Assembly (NCBI RefSeq): GCF_037042905.1
Contig: NC_087248.1
Location: forward strand, 13,454,001 to 13,518,000
Source: Lytechinus pictus
Taxonomy: Eukaryota
Length of the DNA stretch: 64,000 nucleotides
Direction of reading: 5' to 3'
The notes beneath the pieces are model-generated. The model was not told the DNA's origin. It searched no databases and was given only the letters and a program-made list of their open reading frames with translations. This document shows, piece after piece, positions 32,827 through 44,224 of the stretch. Every line of letters starts with the position of its first letter. Position 1 is the first letter of the stretch. Made by a program: the position numbers and the translations under genes.

Positions 32827-35043
32827 ATTGCTACTTACATGTCTATATCAAAATGTTCGACAAAAGCTTACACAGTATTGTTTGTGACAAGTTTTTGGAT
32901 AATTTTACAAGTGATGCACCGCTACAACAATCGATGACCCTAAAAGTAAGTGCAAAAATAACAATAACAAGACCTTTATGATAATCAGGTAACAATCCAT
33001 ACAGAAATAAAGAAAGTAAGAATAAAATGACCCAGACAATAACTAAAAAGAAATCTTGGTGTGGGGTTTGAAATAATACAGTTTATGGGGAACAATGTTC
33101 AACAAAAGAAGGGGGATAACAAAAGCTCAATCACACATCAAAATGAAGCAAACGGAGAGAAGAAGAACTCGGTAAACACAGGAACAAAATAATGAACTGA
33201 ACTCGATGAAGTCTGGTACTTTACTGATGTAATCTCTGGGCTATTTTGCCTCAGATAAACTCATGTTCAAAGTAAAATTTACATATATATTTTAATTAAG
33301 TTAAGTCAACCGATCAACCGATCAAAATAAGAAGAATGGAAGGATCGAACTAAAATGTAAGAACCCAATTCATAAGGTAAACCAATAAGGAATGAGATGA
33401 AGATGATAGAGGATGTTTGGGTGATTATGTAATTATGGAAATAGAAACTAAGGAGTCAGGTGAGGGACGCAATGAGTGGAACACCTGAATAGGTAAGAAA
33501 TGAAATTGACAACTAATGAATAAGAGGAAAGGAATGCAAAGTGGAAATGGATGAATGACAAATGAATATAATTAATATCATGTAACCTAAGTTCAGATTG
33601 CCAGGGCAGTGCTGAAAAAAAAATGTAAATGAACTCAAGTCTAGACGGAATAGAAATGTAAAACAGCTGAAGAAAACACAAATTAAAGGAAATAGACAAA
33701 ATGGGTAAATGACAAAATAACATCTTACATTGGTAATAATGAAACGATCCAAATGGGCATGGCAAAACATGAAGAAGAAACGACTTTGACATATATTTCA
33801 ATGTATTCCCGATATTTTCATATTGCCACAGTGATTAAAAAGTGATCATCTTTAAGCAAGTAATTACAAATATTTTGTACATGGCTGTAAATTATATCAA
33901 ATGATGTTTGATACACACAGTACTAAAATATAATCTATTTACCTTGAATGTAAAACTATAGATAAAAGCAATAGTTCTGAAATAATAGTTGCCATAACAA
34001 AGATTCTTACATTCATCTCACTTGATATATTTGAAATTAAAGGTTTATACTCTACCGTGCAATAATTATTTTTAACTGTGTTTTTCTTTAATGAATGCTT
34101 TAATACAAACGCATAGTCTAATCAATGCGAATAAGTGTGGATATCCCTTTTGATCGCATATTAATAACCCTAGCGGATTACAATATCAGTTACACCATAT
34201 GTGTATTTATATATTTTTTCATATACATTTCCTTTTTGGATATATTTATATACATATCACTTATAGATACATATTTACACTTACCTTCTTCTCTTAGTTT
34301 GTTTAATGCTTTATCATATATACTTATATGTCTTTTGCACATTATCAGTTGTTCCCCATTCTTTTTCTTTTTTTCCCCCACTCTTTTGCACCAGTTTATT
34401 AAGCCTTTCTTTGTAACCTGTTTGACCCACCTCTCACTAATTCTCTTGTTTTTCATCCCATTATCACTGTTTTGTTCCAGATCCTGTTTGATGTTGCCTG
34501 CCTCATTATTTTAATCCCTCTTGGCTTGAGGTCTTTTACTGGCCTTACTTACACTAACTTCCCTTTGTGTCTGCCTTCTCCTTTTCTTTCATCCCCTTCA
34601 CTAACCTGATTGGTCTTCTCTACTCACTAATGCCCCTTTTGTCTCCTTGTTTCTAGTGTTGTTGTAGCTTGTTTGTGGTCTATATTATGGTTGTTCCACT
34701 TTATATGTTTGTCATTTTGCCTCCGACGAAGATTCTGCTAGGATCGAAAGCTTAGGCCCCTTTTTGACTTTCATATTAATAACCGTAAAAATATAAGGTA
34801 ATAGACATTAAAAAGTATTTATTGGTAATGAATATTTTGTCCAAGTGATTGCATGGTATTTTTATATGTTTATGATACCTAAGACCCATTCCGGCACGTG
34901 GATTGAGAAAGCGGGATTGATTAATAGATAAATGCGTGAGAAAAGTGACGACAATGCTTAATATTTAATCTCCAAAATCACATGTTTTTTTCAATACCTC
35001 CACAAAAAAATAGTCAAATAGAAATACTAATGAAATTTTCTTG
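32827..35043 (+). repeat. Intergenic spacer duplicated at 39781-41343 (diverged copy)
   Basis: Collinear similarity throughout, e.g. cacagtattgtttgtgacaagtttttggataattttacaagtgatgcaccgctacaa. Confidence 0.9.
34170..34771 (+). mobile_element. Penelope-like element 3' fragment with hammerhead-like motif
   Basis: 13-bp TSD catattaataacc (34157-34169, 34772-34784); empty site at ~41085; begins with PSGL (like a GIY-YIG C-terminus) and ends in ccgacgaagattctgctaggatcgaaagcttagg. Confidence 0.65.
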
Positions 35044-36041
35044 TTTAACCCACGAAATGCCAACATTGCAGATGGTAGAAAAGCACCAGAATGTTTAAAA
35101 TTATAGAGTCCCTTGTATTTTTTAAAATTGTAAATGGAAACTTGGTCGACCGTAGAATGTAAATATATTTTTGAATATATGAACGTTTTAAAACTCTGAA
35201 ATTAAAAAACAATACCAATTAAGAGATGTCTTGTGATCACATAACAACACCTGCTAATTACAAATTTCCCAAGGTAAGAGTTCATAATTGGTCATGAAAA
35301 TCTTCTTACAAGTTATTGAAAGTAATTATAGCATATTTCACACGTTTTATGATACCTACAAACTGAAGTGCATTTTCTAGGACAGATCCAGGGATACCTC
35401 GTTGAGGTGGAAGGAGGGTGGTGGAGGATGTGAGCAAGAATGATATTTGGTATGAATGAAATAAAAAGAAAAGAATGATATTTGGTATTATAGGTTTGGT
35501 AATAACTAAGGCATTTCAACCTGTAAAGACAAATGAAACTCCCAAAACTTAAGGTTAGTGAAATAGTGAAACAAAATAAACCTATCAACACGCAGTACAT
35601 CAATGTACAATAGTAATGAGAGGGTACTCCAATATCGAACTCCTAATATGCATGTCAGCAGGACCCTTAGGAACGATTTTTTGACTGGAGGTGCTGATGT
35701 AAATTTGAATAGCAAAAAAAACCCAATGTTTTCACTGCATCAAATTGGTCCCGAGAAATTTGTAAAATAAGAAAGAGAAAAAGAAAGTTTTCACTAAGAA
35801 ATGGAGGTCATTTTGGATATATTTTTTCATTTTTACACATCTTCTAGATCACCTGGGGGTGCTGCCTATTGAGAATAATACACGCAGCATCCCCAACGAA
35901 ATTTTTGGAACCCTCGCTTCAAGGCTTAAGTTACAACTCAGAGCGGCAACCGACCGATTAGTAGCCTGCTCGAGCCCCGCTGGAATTTAGGCATCGCCGA
36001 ACGATTTTTGTAGAAGTCGAGCGGGCTGTAAAAATACTTAA

Positions 36042-36642
36042 AGGGGAATCCAACCCAAATAAAAAATTGTTTTTATAAGGAAAAGAAAAATCAGACAAGT
36101 TGATAGGTGAAAGTTTGAACAATATTGGACAAACAACAAGAAAGTTATGAATTTTTAAAAGTTGTAAATATTGGTAATCACTGTACCCATGGAGACTTCA
36201 AATTGGCCGCATATGGGATGTCATTGTGATGTAAGGCAAGGACTACTCTTCCATGTACTCCAATTCATATTATGGCGAAAATGTGATTTTTTTTTTCCCA
36301 AAAGTTTTATTTCAAATTAATATTTTTCTTTCATGAGGACATAAAACAATATACTACCTGGGTTATATTTAGATTACTGCCCCAGGGGAATGGGTACTTA
36401 GGAGAAAACCACTAATCCCTGATAATAAAGTACATGGCCTATGGGAAAGTTGTCCTTGCCCCTTGTCATAATTTACTTATCCAGTTGCCAATTTGAAATC
36501 TACATAGTATTAGTGATCTCAATTTTAAAGCAGCTATAACTTTCTTATTGCTTGTCCGATTTCTTTCAAACTTTCACCATTCTGTTTAATTTATTTTTCT
36601 CCTTCCCAACACAACATTTAATGGCCAAGGCTGGATTCCCCT
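36042..36642. mobile_element. Kolobok-type non-autonomous DNA transposon
   Basis: TIR aggggaatcca...tggattcccct with TTAA on both sides. Confidence 0.8.
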
Positions 36643-37135
36643 TTAAAGCGGTGGCCGAGCAGTGCCCGGTCGATTACCCATTACTCAAGGCCAAATCGGG
36701 GAACTTATCTGTTTGGCGTCCGAGCAGTGATCGGCTGACGACCCACCAAATCATGGGCGGTCCACCACAGGCCACCGGCCTATTTTTAGGTAATCGCTCG
36801 TCCGATCTTAAATTCAACCGATATCTGACCAGCCAGCGGCTGGCGACCGGCCGATGACCACTCGACAGCTGTTGATCCAACGAGTTAAATTTTTGACCTA
36901 AATCGTTCGACAGCGACCGCTCGATTACGTCGGCGCCCGGACGGCGACCAACCGGGCGCCGAGCGTATTTCGGGCGGCGAGTGAAAAGTGAGCAAGCGCA
37001 GCTAGAATTTTAACTCCGCGCTAAATCTTGAGCGGCGACCGAGTGATGCCCAAAAAACCAGTGGTGCCCGGACGGCTGCCGGTCGGTGCCCGGGCGAAAT
37101 TGGCTAAAAAGTCGCCGCCCGGTCGCCCAGCAGGC

Positions 37136-38630
37136 CAGCGGCGTAACAGGGGTCGGTGGCCAGGGGGGGCAAGAGCCAAACATTTCCCGGTCATATCATT
37201 GAACAGGCAATGGCGTCATAAGGCAAAAATTTCTATCGGGCAAATGTATATATATATATATATAAGCGAGCGAGCGAAGCGAGCGAGCAAATTTTTTTTG
37301 GACATCTTTATTGCAAAAATCAAATTTTGTGATAGATTTTGACATAATGTTAAAAAGATGATATCATATTCACCCTCCTCTCTTTCCTTTTTTCTCTCTT
37401 TTTTTGTACGCCACGGTGAACAGGATTTTTGTTATGAACTTATGATTGTGAGCATCAGGGCGAAGCTCTATATGCTTGAGGGGGCCGAGTATGGCGCTTT
37501 TGGCAAGAAGTAGCTTAATATAGGTCCCGAGCGAGCGAAGCGAGCGAGATAAAAAATCACCTTTTCATGAGAATCTAACATGAAGATAGATTTTAACGTG
37601 ATATTCAGGAAAATATAATACACTTTCCTTTCTCTCCTCATTTTGTTTGTTTGGTTTTAGAACTTTTGGGGGCCATGGTCCAAGCTCATCCATATAACAG
37701 TGCTTTATGGGTGGGGTCCAGGGCAGAGCCCCGGAACCTCTTGATATCAAAGCCATTTTAAACCTTACAGATGGCCACTTATTTTAACCAAATTGTGTGT
37801 ATATTTATATAGCTTTAACACAACACATAAATTCAATGCAGTTGTGTATCGTAATCATCCAAATATTGTGAGGGGCACACCATAGCAAATGTGGGGAAAA
37901 TTTGTAAAAAGTCGCCAGCGAGCGAAGCGAGCCAGAAAAAAAAGACCTGTTAAAATGAAATTCTAATTATGTGATAGATTTTTACATCATTATAGCAAAT
38001 ATTATGTCATATATTTTTTTTCATTCATCTCATTTCGCTGCCTCCTTTATTTTCTTTTATTTCCCCTTGGCTGTGGAACCACCCCCCGGTACGCCAGTGC
38101 TTCAACGTAAAGCTTAATGCAGGAAGGGTCCATATAGGGGCCCATTATAGAACCCATTGAAGGTTACAGATGAAAATCCCCCACTGCACGGGGTCTTGAC
38201 TCTTGGACAGAGCCTTTGGAGATTTAGCAAGTTTATGATAGACTTTCATACGACATTATTCTATATACCATCCATTTTTCTTCCCGCTCGTTATCTCAAT
38301 CCTCGGCAGCCCGGTAGTGTACGTTATCTTGTCCCTATTCTTTATTTTCCAATTTAGATTTTGGCTAATTCCATTCTTTGTTTGCCTTTTTGTCATCTTT
38401 AATTTATTTCCCTGTCTTACTAATCATGCTAAAGTATTTGTATATCGGGGCGAATTGTTCTTTGTCACCACCCTTTTTCCTTTTCCTTTCCCTTCCCCCT
38501 TTTTTCTTTCCTTTCCCTTTCCCTTTCCTCCCCCTTTTTATCTTTTTCCCGTTTTTTTTAATTTTCCCGGTGAGCTCCGCCAGGGGGGGCAGCTTGCCCC
38601 CCCTGCCCCCCCCCGCCTGTTACGCCACTG
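37136..38630. mobile_element. hAT-like non-autonomous element (right part duplicated, second end at 39780)
   Basis: TIR cagcggcgtaacagg ... cctgttacgccactg; internal gcgagcgaagcgagc repeats; no TSD. Confidence 0.7.
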
Positions 38631-39883
38631 ATTGCAACTTGAATGTATACAGCAAAATGTTCGACGAAAGCTCTCACAGTATTGTTTGTGACAAGTTTTT
38701 GGATAATTTTACAAGTGATGCACCGCTACAATAGATAGATTTTAACGTGATATTCAGGAAAATATAATACACTTTCCTTTCTCTCCTCATTTTGTTTGTT
38801 TGGTTTTAGAACTTTTGGGGGCCATGGTCCAAGCTCATCCATATAACAGTGCTTTATGGGTGGGGTCCAGGGCAGAGCCCCGGAACCTCTTGATATCAAA
38901 GCCATTTTAAACCTTACAGATGGCCACTTATTTTAACCAAATTGTGTGTATATTTATATAGCTTTAACACAACACATAAATTCAATGCAGTTGTGTATCG
39001 TAATCATCCAAATATTGTGAGGGGCACACCATAGCAAATGTGGGGAAAATTTGTAAAAAGTCGCCAGCGAGCGAAGCGAGCCAGAAAAAAAAGACCTGTT
39101 AAAATGAAATTCTAATTATGTGATAGATTTTTACATCATTATAGCAAATATTATGTCATATATTTTTTTTCATTCATCTCATTTCGCTGCCTCCTTTATT
39201 TTCTTTTATTTCCCCTTGGCTGTGGAACCACCCCCCGGTACGCCAGTGCTTCAACGTAAAGCTTAATGCAGGAAGGGTCCATATAGGGGCCCATTATAGA
39301 ACCCATTGAAGGTTACAGATGAAAATCCCCCACTGCACGGGGTCTTGACTCTTGGACAGAGCCTTTGGAGATTTAGCAAGTTTATGATAGACTTTCATAC
39401 GACATTATTCTATATACCATCCATTTTTCTTCCCGCTCGTTATCTCAATCCTCGGCAGCCCGGTAGTGTACGTTATCTTGTCCCTATTCTTTATTTTCCA
39501 ATTTAGATTTTGGCTAATTCCATTCTTTGTTTGCCTTTTTGTCATCTTTAATTTATTTCCCTGTCTTACTAATCATGCTAAAGTATTTGTATATCGGGGC
39601 GAATTGTTCTTTGTCACCACCCTTTTTCCTTTTCCTTTCCCTTCCCCCTTTTTTCTTTCCTTTCCCTTTCCCTTTCCTCCCCCTTTTTATCTTTTTCCCG
39701 TTTTTTTTTATTTTCCCGGTGAGCTCCGCCAGGGGGGGCAGCTTGCCCCCCCTGCCCCCCCCCCGCCTGTTACGCCACTGATTGCAACTTGAATGTATAC
39801 AGCAAAATGTTCGACGAAAGCTCTCACAGTATTGTTTGTGACAAGTTTTTGGATAATTTTACAAGTGATGCACCGCTACAATA
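37584..39883 (+). repeat. Near-perfect 1149-bp tandem duplication (37584-38732 / 38733-39883)
   Basis: Identical ORFs 38157 and 39306 are offset by 1149; the differences I saw are in homopolymer runs. Confidence 0.95.
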
Positions 39884-42139
39884 AGCAATGACCCTTAAAG
39901 TAAGTGCAAAAAAGTAACAATAACAAGACCTATATGATAATCGGGTAACAACCCACACATCAATAAAGCATATACGAATAAAATGACCCAGACAATCACT
40001 AAAATGAGGTGTGGGGTTTAAAATAATACAGTTTATGGGGAACAATGTTCAGCAGAAGAAGGGGGATAACAAAAGCTCAATCACTCATCAAACTGAAGCA
40101 AAAGGAGAGAATAAGAGGAACTGAACTCGGTAGACACAGGAACAAAATAATGAAATCAACTCGATGAAGTCTGGTAGTGCATTGATCTAATCTCTTGGCT
40201 ACTTTGCCTCAGCTAAACTCATGTTCAAAGTAAAATTTCGTATAATTATATTTTAATCAAGTTTAATCAACCGATCAAAATAAGAAGAATGGAAGGATCG
40301 AACTGAAATGTAAGAACCCAATTGATCAGATAAACCAATAAGGAATGAGATGAAGATAATAGAGGATATCTGGGTGATTATTTTATTATGGAAATAGAAA
40401 CTAAGGAGTCAGGTGGAACACCTGAATAGAAAAGGAATGAAAATGACAACAAAAAATCAGAGGAAAGGAATGCAAAGTGGAAATTGATGAATGACAACTG
40501 AATATCATTAAACTCATATAACGTAATTTCAGATTGCAAGGGCAATGCTGAAAAGAAATGCAAATTAACTCATGTCCAGACGGAATAGAAATGTAAAACA
40601 GCTGAAGAAAACACAAGTTTAAGGAAATAGACAACATGGGAAAATGACAAAAATAACCATCTTACATTGGTAATAATGAAATGATCTAAATGGGCATTGC
40701 AAAACAATAATGAAACAACTTTTACATAAATGGCAATTTATTTCCGATATTGTCATAACTGCCACACTAATTACAAAGTGAGCATCTTTTAAGCAAGTAA
40801 TTACAAATATCAGTATGGCTGTAAACTATATGTTTGATGCACACAGTACTGAAATAAAATTTATTTACTTTGAATGTAAAACTACAGATAAAAGCAATAG
40901 TTCTGGAATAATAGTTGCCATAACAAATATTCTTACATTCATCTCACTTGATATATTTGATATTATAAAAGTTTATACACTCCCGTGCAATAATTATTGT
41001 TAAATGTGTTTTTCTCAAACGAATGCTTTAGAACAAACGCATAGTCTGAAAAATGCGAATAAGTGTGAATATCCCTTTTGATTGCATATCAATAACTCTA
41101 AAATCAAAGGTAATAGACATTAAACAGTATTTATTGGTAATGAATATTTTGTCTAAGTGATTGCATGGTAATTTTATGATACCTAAGACCCATTCCGGCA
41201 AGTGGATTGAGAAAGCGGGATTGATTAATAAATAAATGCGTGAGAAAAGTGACGACAATGCTTAATATTTAATCTCCAAAATCACTACATTTTTTTATAC
41301 CTCCCCCTAAATAGTCAAATAGAAATACTAATCAAATTTTCTTGTCGCCGCCCGGTCGCCGAGCAGGCTAAACTTTAGAGTTGTGACCTTAGCCTTTCCA
41401 GAGCCATGCATGTCAGTTTTTTTCTAATGCAAGAGTGCTAAGAGACTGACCTAAAGCATTCGTCAATTGTAACTTTCAAACTTTACATCGTACATTACAC
41501 GTGTTAGCCTATGCTACAGAGTGCAATTTGGTATATCGAGGAGTAGGGAATGGTGACTGTAATGTCAACTCCCCTAAAACGGATTTTAAAAGTTATTTTC
41601 AAAGTAGATTGCGAAGCGACCGAACCAAAGAATGCAAGGCCATACTGTGAAACTAGTCATTTTCAACCTACACCAATAAGTACATGAGAACTCCAGGGGG
41701 ATACATTTCCAAAAGTGTTTCAATTTTTGTTTACAAGCAAACATGCCAACAGAAAGAAAAATAAAATCATCTGTAAGGTGTTAGCCGTTGCCTCTTAATG
41801 ATGATTGGTTCTCAAACATAAATTTGGGCATCATATTTGATTCATTTTCATAAATGAATAGTATATATATAAATGCATCAAAGACAGAATCATTTGACGC
41901 TATACATTCTTCCATTTTCAAGTGTAAATTTACTATGCGATTCATTGAAAACTACATAAACAAAAGTTCTTGTTATAATTATTAGTATGTTAGGAGTCTG
42001 TTTTTTTGATAAAGTGTTTGTCATTTTGGCATAATTTAAAACAAATAAAACACTTTAACTGTTTTGTCGAATTTCATATTGCGATATTCTATGATACAAT
42101 AAATTCTCGAATGCTTGGATTTTTTTTCAAGAAATGTGA

Positions 42140-44224
42140 CTATTGTCCATATTTTTGCGCACGGACTTGCTTCCAGAAGTCTTCTCCTGGGTCCCTTGGG
42201 TCATCATATACTGCTTCTGCAGAGGACTTTATTTTCCTGGTCTTTCGACTCATATCCGGTTTGGCGTATATGGCCGTCATCTCTGCAGAAGGAATAGGAA
42301 GGTTGTCTTTGACATGAAGTCCTGGTGATGTCTTTGGTGCATGTGATGGCATCTCTCTCATGGCGCAAGTCTTGGACATCGCAATCGCATACGAAGAAAA
42401 TAGACTGTGCTCTTGCAAAGGTGTTGTCTCTGACTCTTTGAACGACAATGATGCCTTTTTAGCATTTACTGTCTTTGGAGATCTAGCACAGCCCTCGACT
42501 TCATCTAAAGAATAATACGTATCACCAGCGCCAGTTGTGCTTGCAATGACGGCATCCATATGCTCATTGTTAAGATCAACGTTTCTATCACCCTGGGTAG
42601 AACATGCCATCTTCTGCTGACACTTTCCTGCAGTAGCACGTTGATGTTCGACATTGAAGGGTGTCGTGTACACAGAGCCCTGTCTCACTTCAGGGGATAC
42701 CAAGATGTTCGCTTGACTTTCTCCACATGAGCGCATTGTTCTCTGTTCTGGATCAGCCTCCAGCCTGGACAATGTTTGGAGACAGGAAGCATCATTACTT
42801 AACGGAGTGGCTCCAGTAGATGGTCTCATTTCTACAGAATCTCTATCTATATCAGTAACATGAGTAGCTGATTGCATTCTCAAAGTCTGATTCCTCCCAC
42901 TTCGTTGATCACATTGCTTTCTACTTTGGTTTCTACAGACTAATGTGACAATGTTGATAGACAGGCTGAACACAAAAGCCAAAGCTACAATCATAACGAC
43001 CGAAATGAAGATAGTTTTATCAATGTCAGTGTTATTCTCATTCCCACTCGACCCATTATCACTTCCGATGGAGTTGAATATAGTTTGATCAATGCCAGTG
43101 TTATTCTCATTTCCACTCCACACATTTTCTTTAGAGATCGTTTTTGGATTAGGAGAAGCTATGATAGTAGAACAAGGCGATGGTCTGTTCAAAATACTCT
43201 CGACATATAACGGGCCAATTGGGCATTGAAAGTCTTCATGAGAAAGGTGGAAAGTACTTGAGTTTCCATCTCTTAGACCGTCAAAGTCCAGATACCCGAT
43301 GCCTTTAATTACTTGCACAGTTGACTTCTTTGTCTCTTCCACAAAGAAGAAAAATGGAAAACTAACGTTCGTCGTTTCGCGACAATCGATCCTTTGCAGT
43401 GATTTGCCGTCAATAGTGTACCATGATGAATTGGAAGCGTTCTTGCTTTCCGAGCAGCATTCAGTGTTTGGGCCATGAGTTAAGTTAATCTGAATCAATT
43501 TATCCGCTGATGTTGGAAACTGGCATTCTTTGTTTCGTTTTAAGTTATCATCAAAAACTACACACCTTGTTGGCATTACAGTTGAGTCAACAACTTTTTC
43601 TGGAGAAAGAAATATGCTGTATTCGTTGGTGATGTTATAAAGACCTTCTGATTTCATCTCTGTAGTTGTATGTTCATAAATCACCTGTGTGCCCGCTAGA
43701 AGTCTTACTTGATCTCTAACGTTCACTTGCATCCACCGGCAAGACATATGTATCGTGTTATTTTCATTTCTGTAGAATGTTTCACAAATAGGTTTGTTTA
43801 TTTCGACGCTCAAGTTCAATCGGAATATGTCACACAAAGTTCGTCCATTTTCGTATATACTCAGAGAGTGCGGTCCTGTGTCATTTTGTTCAGTAAACAT
43901 AATCGACAACTTTAATGTTTGGTTGTTTAAAGCCAGATTATAGCGTTCAGATTTGAACGAAAAGTTTTTCGCGGCTGAAAAATTAAATTCATTTTCGTAT
44001 CCGGACTCTGGATTACACCACATAACATGTTGTTCCGGTTGTAAGATGCTTGAATCAAAATAAAAGAGTGTAGTGATGTTTTGACCATCGGCTTTGATCA
44101 TTGAACGTTCCTGTGGTTCGCTGCACCAAAGAATTGGTAGTACCGCATGTATTTGGAAGATGAGAACACTGAGGAGCATCACATCGGATGTAAGCCGTGT
44201 AGGACACATCTTGCCGTCGTACAT
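42140..44224 (-). CDS. Ig-superfamily TM receptor, paralog 6 (694 aa, intronless CDS)
   Basis: Signal peptide; LWCS...GQNIT...QHVMW...RYNL...DTGPH...TLC; PIC...MSCRW; TM IFISVVMIVALAFVFSLSINIVTLVC; tail DTYYSL, IYAKPDMSRKT, VYDDPR. Confidence 0.92.
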   Translation of the reverse strand: MYDGKMCPTRLTSDVMLLSVLIFQIHAVLPILWCSEPQERSMIKADGQNITTLFYFDSSILQPEQHVMWCNPESGYENEFNFSAAKNFSFKSERYNLALNNQTLKLSIMFTEQNDTGPHSLSIYENGRTLCDIFRLNLSVEINKPICETFYRNENNTIHMSCRWMQVNVRDQVRLLAGTQVIYEHTTTEMKSEGLYNITNEYSIFLSPEKVVDSTVMPTRCVVFDDNLKRNKECQFPTSADKLIQINLTHGPNTECCSESKNASNSSWYTIDGKSLQRIDCRETTNVSFPFFFFVEETKKSTVQVIKGIGYLDFDGLRDGNSSTFHLSHEDFQCPIGPLYVESILNRPSPCSTIIASPNPKTISKENVWSGNENNTGIDQTIFNSIGSDNGSSGNENNTDIDKTIFISVVMIVALAFVFSLSINIVTLVCRNQSRKQCDQRSGRNQTLRMQSATHVTDIDRDSVEMRPSTGATPLSNDASCLQTLSRLEADPEQRTMRSCGESQANILVSPEVRQGSVYTTPFNVEHQRATAGKCQQKMACSTQGDRNVDLNNEHMDAVIASTTGAGDTYYSLDEVEGCARSPKTVNAKKASLSFKESETTPLQEHSLFSSYAIAMSKTCAMREMPSHAPKTSPGLHVKDNLPIPSAEMTAIYAKPDMSRKTRKIKSSAEAVYDDPRDPGEDFWKQVRAQKYGQ

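Larger units (their letters stand above)
35922..41395. mobile_element. Harbinger-like non-autonomous element, interrupted
   Basis: TIRs aggcttaagttacaactc (35922) and gagttgtgaccttagcct (41395); GC-rich body 35922-37135. Confidence 0.6.
35659..41408. mobile_element. Composite nested insertion bounded by hAT-like MITE ends
   Basis: 8-bp TSD catgtcag at 35651-35658 and 41409-41416; empty site at ~28612 in the paralog 5 unit; ends caggaccc.../...agagccatg. Confidence 0.7.

Noticed and set aside
38157-39792. Duplicated small ORFs (66 aa, ~104-118 aa)
   Set aside because: They lie in a non-autonomous transposon within the 1149-bp duplication; low complexity.
11352-44224. Somatic V(D)J-like rearrangement or protocadherin-style variable-to-constant 3' splicing
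   Set aside because: Each ORF is complete from signal peptide to tail with its own stop; I saw no RSS heptamer/nonamer pairs or separate constant exons.
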